Positions 28,103-38,366 of a stretch of 64,000 nt of DNA are shown one piece after another; the first letter of the stretch is position 1; the number at the start of each line of letters is the position of its first letter. The notes beneath the pieces are model-generated. The model did not search any database. It worked only from the letters and a program-made list of their open reading frames with translations, and was not told where the DNA came from. This stretch comes from an uncultured bacterium (GTDB lineage Bacteria > Patescibacteriota > Microgenomatia > Levybacterales > UBA12049), in assembly GCA_963826535.1 (NCBI GenBank), contig CAWGXL010000011.1, positions 256,809 to 320,808 on the forward strand. Direction: 5' to 3'. A program made the position numbers and the translations under genes.

Positions 28103-29257
28103 ATGTCCTATTTAATAAAGGGAAAATACAGAAATGTTACAAGTTATTTGAGGGAACGCTTAAGCCCTAGAAATATCATAGGATTATCTTCGTCCGGAAA
28201 TATAGATGATGAGCTTTGGATTTTGTTGGAATACTATTCAGAAGTTGATGATGTTGGATTAAAGTTCTTAAAAACATTAGGTATTTCAAATAATCTAATA
28301 AGGAAACGGACTTTTAAAACATTTCAAGGATTTGTTAGGCAGGCAAAAAATTATTATTACTCTGCAAAAACATTGCATCCTCGTTCATCTGGATTGCTCT
28401 ATTATTACTGCTTCTTAAACTTAGCGAAAGCGGCATTAGTTATTAAGGATCCTACCATTCGGGGAAAATTTATTCCTCATGGATTAAAATATAAGATCTC
28501 CAATAATTCGAGATTTGCTGAGCAAACGGTCTCTTTAGGGTCTAGTGGAGTTTTCGATAGATTTTACGAATGGTATTTTGATACGCCAATTACTCATCGA
28601 TCATTTAATATTCAAACATTGCTTAATTATTGTACTGATATTGGGTATCAGTGTCAGATATCGGGAATAAAGCAACCAAAAATAGTTTACGGATATGCCG
28701 TTAGCGCAATGGATGAAAAAAATATAACAAATTGGTCAATAGTGGGCTTTTATGAATTAAACGAAGTTTTAAAATACAAAAAGGCCATGAGGCCTTTCTT
28801 CGGTGTATTTGAAAAAATCGATTTACCAGAGCCTGATGCGCGTGAGATGTTTGATATAAGTCAGCCAGCATTATCACGGGTCAGTTTTTTTCAAAGCATA
28901 AATGTGAAAAAATGGTTATCAAATGACACACCGGATTATCTAACTGTACGATCTGAGGCTATACAATCACTACGTAACATTTTACAAATAAATTATTTTA
29001 AATCAAATTTTGATTTTATACTGAGTTTACCATACAAGTTTAATAAACAAATAAGGATAGATGAAACGATTGCGATATATTTAGTTATGTATTACATTTC
29101 TAACTTAGTTAGATATAAACCAGAATACTTAGAAAATTTGCTTGATACCAAAGAATCATGGTTAATAGAAAGTTTTATAAAATCATGCCCGGTGACTTTC
29201 TTAAGAAGTATTATTTCAAGAATTATAAGAACAGATTATGTATTTGAAAATAGATAA
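28103..29257 (+). CDS. YaaC-like protein
   Basis: QAKNYY...LLYYYCFLNLAKA...HGL...MYYISNLVRYKP. Confidence 0.75.
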   Translation: MSYLIKGKYRNVTSYLRERLSPRNIIGLSSSGNIDDELWILLEYYSEVDDVGLKFLKTLGISNNLIRKRTFKTFQGFVRQAKNYYYSAKTLHPRSSGLLYYYCFLNLAKAALVIKDPTIRGKFIPHGLKYKISNNSRFAEQTVSLGSSGVFDRFYEWYFDTPITHRSFNIQTLLNYCTDIGYQCQISGIKQPKIVYGYAVSAMDEKNITNWSIVGFYELNEVLKYKKAMRPFFGVFEKIDLPEPDAREMFDISQPALSRVSFFQSINVKKWLSNDTPDYLTVRSEAIQSLRNILQINYFKSNFDFILSLPYKFNKQIRIDETIAIYLVMYYISNLVRYKPEYLENLLDTKESWLIESFIKSCPVTFLRSIISRIIRTDYVFENR

Positions 29258-29375
29258 TATGAAGATCAAATCTTGAGATTAGAGCTACTAATTTATTATA
29301 GGTCTACAGAATTCTTACAAAATTATTACTTTATATGCCTTGACAGGAATATTTCTTTTGTAGTATATTCATATC

Positions 29376-29699
29376 ATGAATCCTACAACTTTTAGCGCAC
29401 TCGCTGAGCCGCATAGACTCGAAATAGTTGAACTGCTTCGTGACGGGCCGCGGCCTGTTAATGAACTGGTAGATAGACTGCGCCTCAATCAACCGCAAGT
29501 TTCTAAACATCTACGTGTACTAGCTGACGCAGGGCTGGTGGAAGTAAAACCACTTGCGCAAAAGCGTATTTATGCGCTGCAACCAAAGCCCTTCCTGGAA
29601 CTTGAAGTTTGGTTGAAAAAAATGAAGCATTTATGGAGCGGGAGATTCGACAAACTTGATGAGGTATTGAGGGGTGGTGAAAAAAATGACAGAAGATAA
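29376..29699 (+). CDS. ArsR/SmtB-family regulator
   Basis: FSALAEPHRLEIVELL...QPQVSKHLRVL. Confidence 0.92.
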   Translation: MNPTTFSALAEPHRLEIVELLRDGPRPVNELVDRLRLNQPQVSKHLRVLADAGLVEVKPLAQKRIYALQPKPFLELEVWLKKMKHLWSGRFDKLDEVLRGGEKNDRR

Positions 29700-30189
29700 A
29701 AATGTATTAGTTATAACACGTGTATTTGATGCACCGGTTGAGAAAGTTTGGAAGTATTGGACGGATGAGCAGTTGATGAAGAAATGGTGGGGACCGAAAG
29801 ACTTTACAGCGCCACATGCCAGTATTGATTTTCGCGTTGGAGGCAAGTATTTAAATTGTATGCGAGGAGCAGCGGAACCCGGCGGAGCTGTAAAAGATTT
29901 CTGGAGTACAGGAATTTATAAAGAAATCGTACCGATGAAAAAAATCGTCGTTACAGACAGTTTCGCGGATGAGAAAGGTAATGTCGTTCCGGCAACAGAG
30001 TATGGTATGAAAGGATTCCCATTGGAGTTAGAAGTAACAATTGAGTTTGAAGACATGGGGGATAAAACTAAAATGACCTTGAGACATGCCGGTATCGCAA
30101 ATATTGATGATGCGATGCGAACAGGCATGACACAAGGATGGAACCAGTCGTTTGATAAGATGGCTGAAGCGTTGAATGGGAAAAAGTAA
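29686..30189 (+). CDS. SRPBCC/AHSA1-like ligand-binding protein
   Basis: TRVFDAPVEKVW...WWGP...DFRVGG...GWNQSFDK. Confidence 0.9.
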   Translation: MTEDKNVLVITRVFDAPVEKVWKYWTDEQLMKKWWGPKDFTAPHASIDFRVGGKYLNCMRGAAEPGGAVKDFWSTGIYKEIVPMKKIVVTDSFADEKGNVVPATEYGMKGFPLELEVTIEFEDMGDKTKMTLRHAGIANIDDAMRTGMTQGWNQSFDKMAEALNGKK

Positions 30190-30194
30190 TGGGT

Positions 30195-30277
30195 GGCGGT
30201 GTTGTCCGCCTTTTTCTTACCTCAAGCCTTTTCAGTACTATTCCCGCCAAAGGCGGGCAGGCGTACACGGCTTGAGG
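30195..30277. repeat. structured intergenic element containing the CCCGCCAAAGGCGGG palindrome
   Basis: ggcgg/ccgcc plus T run; outer stem cctcaagcc (30220-30228) / ggcttgagg (30269-30277); inner palindrome at 30243-30257. Confidence 0.6.
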
Positions 30278-30312
30278 AGCGAAAAGCAAGAGAGTCTAAA
30301 GGGGGTGGAAAT

Positions 30313-30837
30313 ATGGCAGTGAATACAAAACAAAAAATTACGGCTTTTTTATGGTTTGATAAGAATGCGGAAGAGGCGATGAAGTATTATGTTTCCGTAT
30401 TCAGCAATAATCCAGCCGCAAAAAGCAAGTCAAAAATCCTAAGTATTACCCGTTATCCTGAAGGAAAGCAGGTAGGTCCGATGAAAGATATGCAAGGGAA
30501 AGTTTTGACAGGTGTTTTTGAGCTCGAAGGACAGCGATTTATGGCACTTGACGGAGGGCCAATTTTTAAATTCACAGAGGCTACCTCATTCTATGTGGAA
30601 TGCGATAGTCAAAAAGAAGTGGATTACTTTTGGAAAAAAATCTCTCACGCTCCCGCGTCAGAACAGTGCGGGTGGTTGAAAGATAAGTATGGATTATCCT
30701 GGCAAATTATCCCTAAACAATTAGGCAAGTTGCTAACTGACAAAGATAAAGAAAAAGCCGGGAGAGTCATGAATGTGATGCTTAAGATGAAGAAGATTGT
30801 GATTGCTGATTTGGAGAAAGCATATAGGGGTAAGTAG
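30313..30837 (+). CDS. VOC/PhnB-like protein
   Basis: KITAFLWFD.NAEEA, FMALDGGP, CGWLKDKYGLSWQI. Confidence 0.9.
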   Translation: MAVNTKQKITAFLWFDKNAEEAMKYYVSVFSNNPAAKSKSKILSITRYPEGKQVGPMKDMQGKVLTGVFELEGQRFMALDGGPIFKFTEATSFYVECDSQKEVDYFWKKISHAPASEQCGWLKDKYGLSWQIIPKQLGKLLTDKDKEKAGRVMNVMLKMKKIVIADLEKAYRGK

Positions 30838-30848
30838 AGGAGAAAAAT

Positions 30849-31505
30849 ATGGCGGCTAACAAATCACGCATAAACGCAAAGTTTTTTATTGCAGGTATTA
30901 TCGCAGGACCCCTTTTTGTGGTAGGGTCGGTTCTTCATGGTCTCATGCGCGAGGGGTTTGATATGGTACGGCATCCTGCGAGCCTCCTTTCTTTAGGCGA
31001 CTGGGGATGGGTTCAGATAGCAGTTTTTATTTTGAGCGGTCTTTTATACATTTCTTTCGCAATAGGCTTAGGACGAGTATTGACATCCGGTATCGGCAGG
31101 CAATGGTTATCCCCTCTCTTTATTATTCTTGGAGTTGCACTCATTGCGGGTGGAATCTTTACTGCTGATCCCAGTCTTGGTTTTCCGCCGGGCGCAGCAG
31201 TTGGCGTTCCAAAAGAAATGAGTTGGCACTCAATGGTCCATGGTTTTGCTCCGATTGTTGGTTCTCTGGCATTATTAGCAGCACAGTTAATTCTCGCAAG
31301 ACGATTTGGGTCAAAAAAACTGCGGGGATGGATGTGGACTACTATTATTGTGGCCATCGCTAGCTTTGTCCTGAGTTCAATTCCCAGCATTACAGCTGAT
31401 TGGGAAACAGGGAGATTTAATTTTATACCGCTGTGGGTTGGAGTAGCAATTAGCTATGGGTATACTTCCGTCGTTATAGCAAAACTGAAAAAGGAGTTGT
31501 TATGA
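30849..31505 (+). CDS. DUF998 membrane protein
   Basis: REGFDMVRHPASLLSLG..GWVQ, FTADP. Confidence 0.8.
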   Translation: MAANKSRINAKFFIAGIIAGPLFVVGSVLHGLMREGFDMVRHPASLLSLGDWGWVQIAVFILSGLLYISFAIGLGRVLTSGIGRQWLSPLFIILGVALIAGGIFTADPSLGFPPGAAVGVPKEMSWHSMVHGFAPIVGSLALLAAQLILARRFGSKKLRGWMWTTIIVAIASFVLSSIPSITADWETGRFNFIPLWVGVAISYGYTSVVIAKLKKELL

Positions 31506-31575
31506 ATAAAGCAAACTAGAGGAGAATAAATATGGCGAAGATAAAATGCCGTAGAGCATTTGCTATAATCGCCTT

Positions 31576-31977
31576 ATGGATCTCATCGATAAGATAGCGT
31601 GGATCTATATAAAAGAGCGGAAAATTCTTTCTACTCGATCTAAAGGAAAAGACGCATGGTATATTCCGGGCGGGAAACGGGAAGGAAAAGAAACAGACGA
31701 ACAAGCATTAGTACGAGAGATTAAAGAGGAACTTACGGTAGATTTAGTTCTTGAAACAATTCAATACTTGGATACATTTAAAGCTCAAGCGCACGGAAAA
31801 CCGGAGGGAGTTTTCGTGCAAATGACCTGTTATACAGCAGATTATGAAGGACAATTAGCTCCTTCAGCCGAGATTACAGAGTTGGCTTGGCTCATGTCAG
31901 ACACCAATTCTGCTCTTCTTTCTCCTGTTGATAGAATTATATTTGCATATTTAAATGAGAACAATCTAATTGATTGA
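31576..31977 (+). CDS. NUDIX hydrolase
   Basis: PGGKREGKETDEQALVREIKEEL. Confidence 0.92.
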   Translation: MDLIDKIAWIYIKERKILSTRSKGKDAWYIPGGKREGKETDEQALVREIKEELTVDLVLETIQYLDTFKAQAHGKPEGVFVQMTCYTADYEGQLAPSAEITELAWLMSDTNSALLSPVDRIIFAYLNENNLID

Positions 31978-32008
31978 GGATCAGATTTTTTGGAAAGGAG
32001 GTGAAATA

Positions 32009-32425
32009 ATGACACAAATTAATGCTTATTTGAAATTCAACGGCAATACACGCGAAGCTTTTGAATTTTATAAAGCATGTTTGGGAGGAGAACTTACGTT
32101 ACAAGCTGTAAGTGATTCGCCAATGGCAGATCAAATGCCAAAGGACGCGAAAGATAAAATAATACATGCAAAGCTTGTAAAAGACGGATTGGTGATTATG
32201 GGTTCTGACATGATGGGAGACGAGGGACAATTTATAAAGGGTAATAATATTTATCTCTGTATTAATGGAGGCACAGTCGAAGAGTTAAAAACCTATTTTG
32301 CAAAGCTTTCCGCAGGGGGAAACATTACACAGGAATTGAAAGAGGCATTCTTCGGGACATTTGGTGAGCTGACCGATAAATTTGGAATGCAATGGATGTT
32401 TCAGGCTGACAAGCCGAAAGAATAA
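32009..32425 (+). CDS. VOC/PhnB-family protein
   Basis: YLKFNGNTREAFEFY...IIHAKL...DKFGMQW; SD AGGAGGTG. Confidence 0.9.
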   Translation: MTQINAYLKFNGNTREAFEFYKACLGGELTLQAVSDSPMADQMPKDAKDKIIHAKLVKDGLVIMGSDMMGDEGQFIKGNNIYLCINGGTVEELKTYFAKLSAGGNITQELKEAFFGTFGELTDKFGMQWMFQADKPKE

Positions 32426-32582
32426 TCCGATTACGGGAAGAAATATTAACATGCTTATTGATACCGTTGACGAGAGCAATATTGTGGTAATGCTGTGGGA
32501 TTTGAGGATAATAAATAAATAAAAATTGCAAAACACATAAAGTTGTGTATACTAAAGTAAGGATATTTAAATAAATATTTCT

Positions 32583-32891
32583 ATGACAAAAAACCCTTTT
32601 ATTAATGCTATTGCAGCACTCATATATATAACTTTAATCGCTTCATTTATGTTTTATGGAACAAAGCATGCTTCCGGCACACCGGAATCAATAATTATCC
32701 CAATAGCTATGCTCTCACTCTTTACACTTTCTGCGGCTGTGATGGGTTACGTATTTCTCTCTAAACCTCTTCTGCTTTATCTGGATGGCAAAAAGAAAGA
32801 GGCAGTAAAACTTTTTCTACATACAGTAGCTGTTTTTGCGGTAATCACTGCTATTGCTATGGCTTTACTCTTCTCAGGGATCTCGTTTTAA
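32583..32891 (+). CDS. three-TM membrane protein
   Basis: Hydrophobic 102-aa ORF. Confidence 0.75.
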   Translation: MTKNPFINAIAALIYITLIASFMFYGTKHASGTPESIIIPIAMLSLFTLSAAVMGYVFLSKPLLLYLDGKKKEAVKLFLHTVAVFAVITAIAMALLFSGISF

Positions 32892-32965
32892 AGTGGCAAA
32901 TACAACTAGACTGAGCAACTCCATGGAACTTCTATAGATTTTTCATATTCTGTTATAATCGCATC

Positions 32966-33544
32966 ATGAAAGAAAAACTTTTTGAAATACCAATCATAGA
33001 TTCTAATATGACATTAGAAGAGGCATTAAAAATTGACCAAAAATTATCAGCTCCCCAAGAAATCTTGGAGAAGCAAAGGATTGTAGAAGTCCAATATTTC
33101 TCGTTTGATAGAACACTACACAAGGGACAAATCGTGGTACATGTAGATCTTGTTGAGGACGTTGGGGAAGCGTTTGATATTATTAGAAAATCACGATTCC
33201 CAGTCTTTTCAGTTATACCTGTAGCGCATAAAAAGTTTATGTGGGACGACAAAAAATCCATGCTCCAAAATAACTCTTCCGGATTTAATTATCGCACAAT
33301 TGCCAAAACTAATCGACTTTCAAACCATGCCTTTGGAAAAGCAATAGATATTAACCCAGCCATAAACCCTTATATGCTAACTGGCTATAGATTTCCTGAA
33401 GATGTAGATTATGATCCCACAGTACCAGGAACAATAATTGCCAACAGTCCACTGGTCGCATATTTTAAAAAAAATGGTTGGGTTTGGGGAGGTGAATGGA
33501 CAGATATTAAGGATTACCAGCATTTTGAAAAACCTATTGTTTAA
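32966..33544 (+). CDS. M15-family metallopeptidase
   Basis: NSSGFNYR, SNHAFGKAIDINP, WGGEW..KDYQHFE. Confidence 0.9.
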   Translation: MKEKLFEIPIIDSNMTLEEALKIDQKLSAPQEILEKQRIVEVQYFSFDRTLHKGQIVVHVDLVEDVGEAFDIIRKSRFPVFSVIPVAHKKFMWDDKKSMLQNNSSGFNYRTIAKTNRLSNHAFGKAIDINPAINPYMLTGYRFPEDVDYDPTVPGTIIANSPLVAYFKKNGWVWGGEWTDIKDYQHFEKPIV

Positions 33545-33557
33545 AACTTATTTTAAG

Positions 33558-34025
33558 TTAAGCTTTAGATTTAGATTTGAGGAAGAAGGAAATTATGGCG
33601 GCGTAGATGGTGCCGAAGATGAGGGATGCAAAGAATTGTACTAACATATCCACTCCGATTACCATTGCATCACTTGCGCCAGGCATGTTGTATGCAGTTC
33701 GGACAAAATTTAATATTCCAGGATTGATGAGTGTGTAATAAGCCAAAAATATAAAAGGGGAAACAATAGCAAAAACAAGTGATATTTTAAATCCTTCAAC
33801 CAAACCTTGTTTGAAGGTCAATTTATTTTTATGCATTTTTTTCTTAGCTTTTATTCCCAAATACCAAACTACTGCCGGTGCTATGAACTGGTAAATTACA
33901 AAAAGAGGAGATTTTTCATCAAATGACTCTTTCTGACCTGTAACTTCCATCAGCAGAAGACAGACTACAAGTACGCAAACCAAGATCAAGCCATATTTTA
34001 CATAATTGAGCTGCAACAGTTTCAT
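33558..34025 (-). CDS. DUF4199-like membrane protein
   Basis: KYGL...LTFKQGLVEG...YYTLINP. Confidence 0.7.
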   Translation of the reverse strand: MKLLQLNYVKYGLILVCVLVVCLLLMEVTGQKESFDEKSPLFVIYQFIAPAVVWYLGIKAKKKMHKNKLTFKQGLVEGFKISLVFAIVSPFIFLAYYTLINPGILNFVRTAYNMPGASDAMVIGVDMLVQFFASLIFGTIYAAIISFFLKSKSKA

Positions 34026-34063
34026 ATAAGTTAGGATAACATATTCTTTTGTAAAGCTCAACT

Positions 34064-34435
34064 TTAAATGAGTATTATTTTTTTATCTCTGATTTGTCCC
34101 AGGTGGGTATCTTTAAAGCTAGTAGTTTTTTTTAGTCCGAACCCACAAGCCCGGTCAAGTCCCACATGAGCGATAAATACAAGGCCCACTAATATAGTTA
34201 ACTGATTGCTTAAGAGATGTCCTAAAAAAACAATAAGAATTCCGACAACATAGTTGTGCATGAAGTTATAAATATAAGCTCCGATCTTATTATTTTTCAA
34301 ATACCCAAGCATTGAAATGTCGGGAAGGAGAAGCAAGATGACAAAAAGCAGCCAATCCCCTCCTAGTTTAAAATATATAAAGAGAGCGCACAGGAAAATG
34401 AATATGCTCTCTGTTTTTAAAATTGTTTTAATCAT
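34064..34435 (-). CDS. DUF4260 membrane protein
   Basis: LLPDISMLGY...GAYIYNFMH...AHVGLDRACGFGLK...FKDTHLG. Confidence 0.85.
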   Translation of the reverse strand: MIKTILKTESIFIFLCALFIYFKLGGDWLLFVILLLLPDISMLGYLKNNKIGAYIYNFMHNYVVGILIVFLGHLLSNQLTILVGLVFIAHVGLDRACGFGLKKTTSFKDTHLGQIRDKKIILI

Positions 34436-34520
34436 TAATCCAAATATATCATATTCAGCGGTTTGGATGATTGGAAAACTATAGGAATAAATTAGTTTTT
34501 TTGTTATACTTAGAAATAAA

Positions 34521-35093
34521 ATGAGAAAAATAATTGTATTTAATTTGTTATCAGTTGATGGATTCTTTGCCGGGACGGATGGGAATATTGACTGGCATGT
34601 TGTTGACGCAGAATTCAATAAAGCGGCAGTTGAGATGATCAAGCCTTTTGACACTATATTATTTGGACGAGTCACCTATCAACTGTTTGAAAGTTATTGG
34701 CCAGGTGCGGCACGCGATCCGGCAACTTCAAAAGAAGACCGAATTATTGCCAATAAGATAAATAGAATGACCAAAGTTGTTTTTTCAAAAACTCTAGACA
34801 CAGTTACATGGAATAATTCGAAATTGATTAAAGGTGATATTGGGAAAGAAGTCAAAAAATTAAAGCATACGACCGGACTCGATATCGTGATATACGGAAG
34901 CGGGACTATTGTGCAGCAATTAGCGAATCTTGGCTTAATTGATGAATACAGACTTTTAGTTAATCCCGTTATCTTAGGCCGAGGTAAACCAATGTTTAAA
35001 GAGGTAAAAGATAAACTTAACCTAAAACTTTTAAAAACAAAAACGTTTAAATCAGGGAACGTTTTACTTTGTTACCGGCCGAAAAGGGCTTAA
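34521..35093 (+). CDS. dihydrofolate reductase-like (RibD C-terminal) protein
   Basis: SVDGF, LFGRVTY, IYGSG, LIDEY..VNPVILGRG. Confidence 0.9.
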   Translation: MRKIIVFNLLSVDGFFAGTDGNIDWHVVDAEFNKAAVEMIKPFDTILFGRVTYQLFESYWPGAARDPATSKEDRIIANKINRMTKVVFSKTLDTVTWNNSKLIKGDIGKEVKKLKHTTGLDIVIYGSGTIVQQLANLGLIDEYRLLVNPVILGRGKPMFKEVKDKLNLKLLKTKTFKSGNVLLCYRPKRA

Positions 35094-35189
35094 GTACTAT
35101 TAATGGTCTGATCTTTACGATAAGACTAACACTCCTCTTTCCAAATTCTCACAGAATTCATATTCCACTTTATTAAAAACAGTATATAC

Positions 35190-35774
35190 ATGAATGCTAA
35201 ACATATAAAAGGTATAAAAATAATGAGTTTAAAACTCAGTCGGGAGATTGCAAAGGCTGATAAAATCCTTTACGACGCTGCTACACACAGGATAAAAGCG
35301 ATAACTGTTGCCGGAGGTGATAACGAAATCAGGTTAATTCTTTTTGGTGATATCAAAAAAATAGGACAGGACGCTGTGATGGTAGAGTCGGACACAGCAA
35401 TTAAGAACCTTTCAGAAGTCGGTCGCCCGATGGAACGCATGGTAAAGGATAAATTGTATCTGATCAATACATCTGTAATTACAGAAGACGGTGTACAGCT
35501 TGGAAAAATAGCTGACTTCTCCTTTATTCCGGCAACAGGGATTGTCGAAGAAATCGAAATTACAAAAGGGCCAATCGAAGATCTAAAGACAGGCCGGAAT
35601 AAAATTCAAGGAAAGAATATTGTAAAGATAGGACAAAATACCACGATTGTAAGCCATTACATTGATGAGCAATTAGCCGGTCAACCAAAAAGAGGCTTGC
35701 ATGGCATGCTTGGAGGCATGCAGAAAAAGGTAGCAGACGCACAAAAAAAGGTTTCCCCAAAAAGCCACAAGTAA
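35190..35774 (+). CDS. tandem PRC-barrel protein
   Basis: Two repeats (IKKIGQDAVMV; VITEDGVQLGKIADF). Confidence 0.75.
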   Translation: MNAKHIKGIKIMSLKLSREIAKADKILYDAATHRIKAITVAGGDNEIRLILFGDIKKIGQDAVMVESDTAIKNLSEVGRPMERMVKDKLYLINTSVITEDGVQLGKIADFSFIPATGIVEEIEITKGPIEDLKTGRNKIQGKNIVKIGQNTTIVSHYIDEQLAGQPKRGLHGMLGGMQKKVADAQKKVSPKSHK

Positions 35775-35837
35775 AAGGGTAATATAAATTTAACGAAATT
35801 TTTACCCATCTGTATTTGCTATAATTGTCACATACAA

Positions 35838-37091
35838 ATGCACAGAAAGCCGCAAAGTATTCAGAATATATATCTTTACTTAGTACTGGGTAATACCTTA
35901 GCCGCTTCGTTTATTTGGGGAATTAATACTATTTTTCTGCTTGATGCGGGGCTTAGTAATTTTGAGGCGTTTTTGGCAAATGCATTTTTTACTGCGGGTA
36001 TGGTTATATTTGAGGTTCCTACAGGCATAATTGCCGACACATATGGACGAAGAATATCATATCTTGCAGGAACTGTTACACTGGCGGCTTCAACTGCAAT
36101 GTATCTTTTTATGTGGCAGATAAATGGTCCTTTTTGGGGATGGGCGGTTTCTTCAATTTTTTTAGGTCTGGGGTTCACGTTCTTTTCAGGGGCACTGGAG
36201 GCTTGGTTAGTTGATGCGCTGCATGCAACAAATTTTAAAGGGAGTCTGGACAGCGTGTTTGCAAGAGGACAAATTGTCGGAGGTGGAGCAATGCTTATCG
36301 GCTCTGTACTGGGCGGAGTTATTGCTCAGTTTACTAACCTTGGCGTCCCTTATATTTTAAGAGCACTCATTTTGCTTATAAGCTTTGGCACTGCTTTTTT
36401 CCTAATGAAAGACTTAGGATTCAAACCAAAAAAGGCAAAGCACCCTATAAAAGAAATGGAGAAAATTTTAACCAGTTCTATTGATCATGGTTTAAAAAAT
36501 CCTCCGGTCAGATGGATTATGCTTTCAGCTCCTTTTACGGCAGGAGTCAGTATTTATATTTTTTATTCGCTGCAGCCTTTTTTACTGCAACTATATGGCG
36601 ATGAAAAAGCTTACGGCATTGCAGGACTCGTTGCCGCAATCGCAGCAGCTGCACAAATTGCCGGAGGTTTCTTGGCACCATATATTAGGAAATTATTTAA
36701 CAGAAGAACAACTGCAATTCTATTAGGAACATTTATTACTACAATTATTTTAATATTCGTTTCCATTGTGAATAATTTTTGGGTTGTTCTTGCTCTTGTC
36801 TTCATTTGGGGATTACTTTATGCAACTCTCATGCCAATTCGTCAAGCTTATCTCAATGGAATAATTCAATCAGAACAAAGAGCAACAGTACTATCTTTTG
36901 ATGCGCTACTAGGATCAAGTGGCGGAATTTTCATTCAACCGGTACTGGGAAAAGCCGCAGATGTCTGGAGCTACTCAACATCATATATGATTGCAGCCCT
37001 TGTCCAAACCGCAGCACTTCCTTTTATTTATCTAGCTAAAAAAGAAAAAGCGAAATCAGATATTATTCAAGATGAAAAAAAAGTTGGGTAA
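35838..37091 (+). CDS. MFS transporter
   Basis: FEVPTGIIADTYGRR, about 12 TM, QRATVLS. Confidence 0.92.
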   Translation: MHRKPQSIQNIYLYLVLGNTLAASFIWGINTIFLLDAGLSNFEAFLANAFFTAGMVIFEVPTGIIADTYGRRISYLAGTVTLAASTAMYLFMWQINGPFWGWAVSSIFLGLGFTFFSGALEAWLVDALHATNFKGSLDSVFARGQIVGGGAMLIGSVLGGVIAQFTNLGVPYILRALILLISFGTAFFLMKDLGFKPKKAKHPIKEMEKILTSSIDHGLKNPPVRWIMLSAPFTAGVSIYIFYSLQPFLLQLYGDEKAYGIAGLVAAIAAAAQIAGGFLAPYIRKLFNRRTTAILLGTFITTIILIFVSIVNNFWVVLALVFIWGLLYATLMPIRQAYLNGIIQSEQRATVLSFDALLGSSGGIFIQPVLGKAADVWSYSTSYMIAALVQTAALPFIYLAKKEKAKSDIIQDEKKVG

Positions 37092-37167
37092 TCTATTGCA
37101 AATTTATTACTTGTTTCTTGAAGTATATGTGATTGACAAAACAAATTTTCAGTAGCATAATACTTTC

Positions 37168-37551
37168 ATGATTACAGATGCGCCCATATCCCCAACTATT
37201 CCAGTTACAGATCTACAAAGAGCTCGTGAGTTTTACGAAAAAAAGTTGGGATTTGCAGTTGTGAAAGAACTCCCAAAGGGAATAACTTTTAAAGCCGGAA
37301 AAAATACAACTTTTTATATTTACAAGCGCGGCCCGTCCAAAGCAGATCACACCTTAGCATCATTCACAGTAGAAGATGTGGAAGCAACTGTTGACGAACT
37401 TACGCAAAAAGGGATTGTTTTTGAGCACTACGATTTCCCCGGACTCAAAACTAACGCAAAAGGGATTGCTGTGTCTGAAGAAGAAGGAGAAAAAGGGGCT
37501 TGGTTTAAAGATCCGGATGGAAATATCCTGGCGGTTAGCCAAGAATTATAA
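37168..37551 (+). CDS. VOC/glyoxalase-family protein
   Basis: PVTDLQRAREFYEKKLG...WFKDPDGNIL. Confidence 0.92.
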   Translation: MITDAPISPTIPVTDLQRAREFYEKKLGFAVVKELPKGITFKAGKNTTFYIYKRGPSKADHTLASFTVEDVEATVDELTQKGIVFEHYDFPGLKTNAKGIAVSEEEGEKGAWFKDPDGNILAVSQEL

Positions 37552-37699
37552 GGCTTAACGCTTCTTTACCTCAAATTTACTACAATAGGTCTTCCCGGAT
37601 TGAGGAATTTTGAAGCATTCCTATAGAAAATATCTTTCAAATGGAGTAAAATCTTTTAAATACGACTTACGCATTTGTGAGGAAAAAATATTACATGCT

Positions 37700-37727
37700 C
37701 TGGATTCCCGCCTTCGCGGGAATGACA
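37700..37727. repeat. dRS3-like REP (ATTCCC-N8-GGGAAT), solo half
   Basis: ctggattcccgccttcgcgggaatgaca; one mismatch to 57296-57323. Confidence 0.8.
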
Positions 37728-37748
37728 ACTGCGTGAGTCGTATAAATA

Positions 37749-38330
37749 ATGAATAAAACTCGGCTTGAAGCATTTAGCGATGGGGTCTTTGCAATCGTAA
37801 TTACCTTGCTCATACTTGATGTGCGAATACACGACGTCGAGTATGCTCAACTTCCTGATGCGCTCAGCAAAATTGTGCCGAGTATTATATCCTATGTCAT
37901 CAGCTTCGCAGTTATAGGTGTATACTGGTTCGCACACCACTATTATTTCAAGTTTGTAAAAAAGGTCAACAGCGTTTTTGTCTGGCTGAACACTTTATTA
38001 TTGCTACTCGTTAGCTTTATTCCTTTCCCAACATCCCTGCTTGGAGCATATCCATTTCAAAGCATTCCCGTTTTTATATACGGTATCAATTTACTCGCCC
38101 TTAATTCAGTCACTCTAGTTATGCTATTTTACCTTTACCGCCACCGCGAACTAGCGGCAGAAAGTTTGACCAAAGAGGCATTTAAAGATTTCTTGTGGAT
38201 CTATATATTCGTAAACGTTGCCTACCTTGTAGCAATTATACTTTCCTTTTTTCTTCCAACAGTAAGCTACCTGATTTATATTGCCGTATTAGTAATCTTG
38301 ATAATCCTCTTCGTAACTCGGGAACGATAA
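37749..38330 (+). CDS. TMEM175/DUF1211 potassium channel
   Basis: RLEAFSDGVFAIVITLL, YWFAHH, FIPFPT. Confidence 0.92.
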   Translation: MNKTRLEAFSDGVFAIVITLLILDVRIHDVEYAQLPDALSKIVPSIISYVISFAVIGVYWFAHHYYFKFVKKVNSVFVWLNTLLLLLVSFIPFPTSLLGAYPFQSIPVFIYGINLLALNSVTLVMLFYLYRHRELAAESLTKEAFKDFLWIYIFVNVAYLVAIILSFFLPTVSYLIYIAVLVILIILFVTRER

Positions 38331-38366
38331 GCAAATGAAAACAATTGGAATTGAGATATAGAGGTT

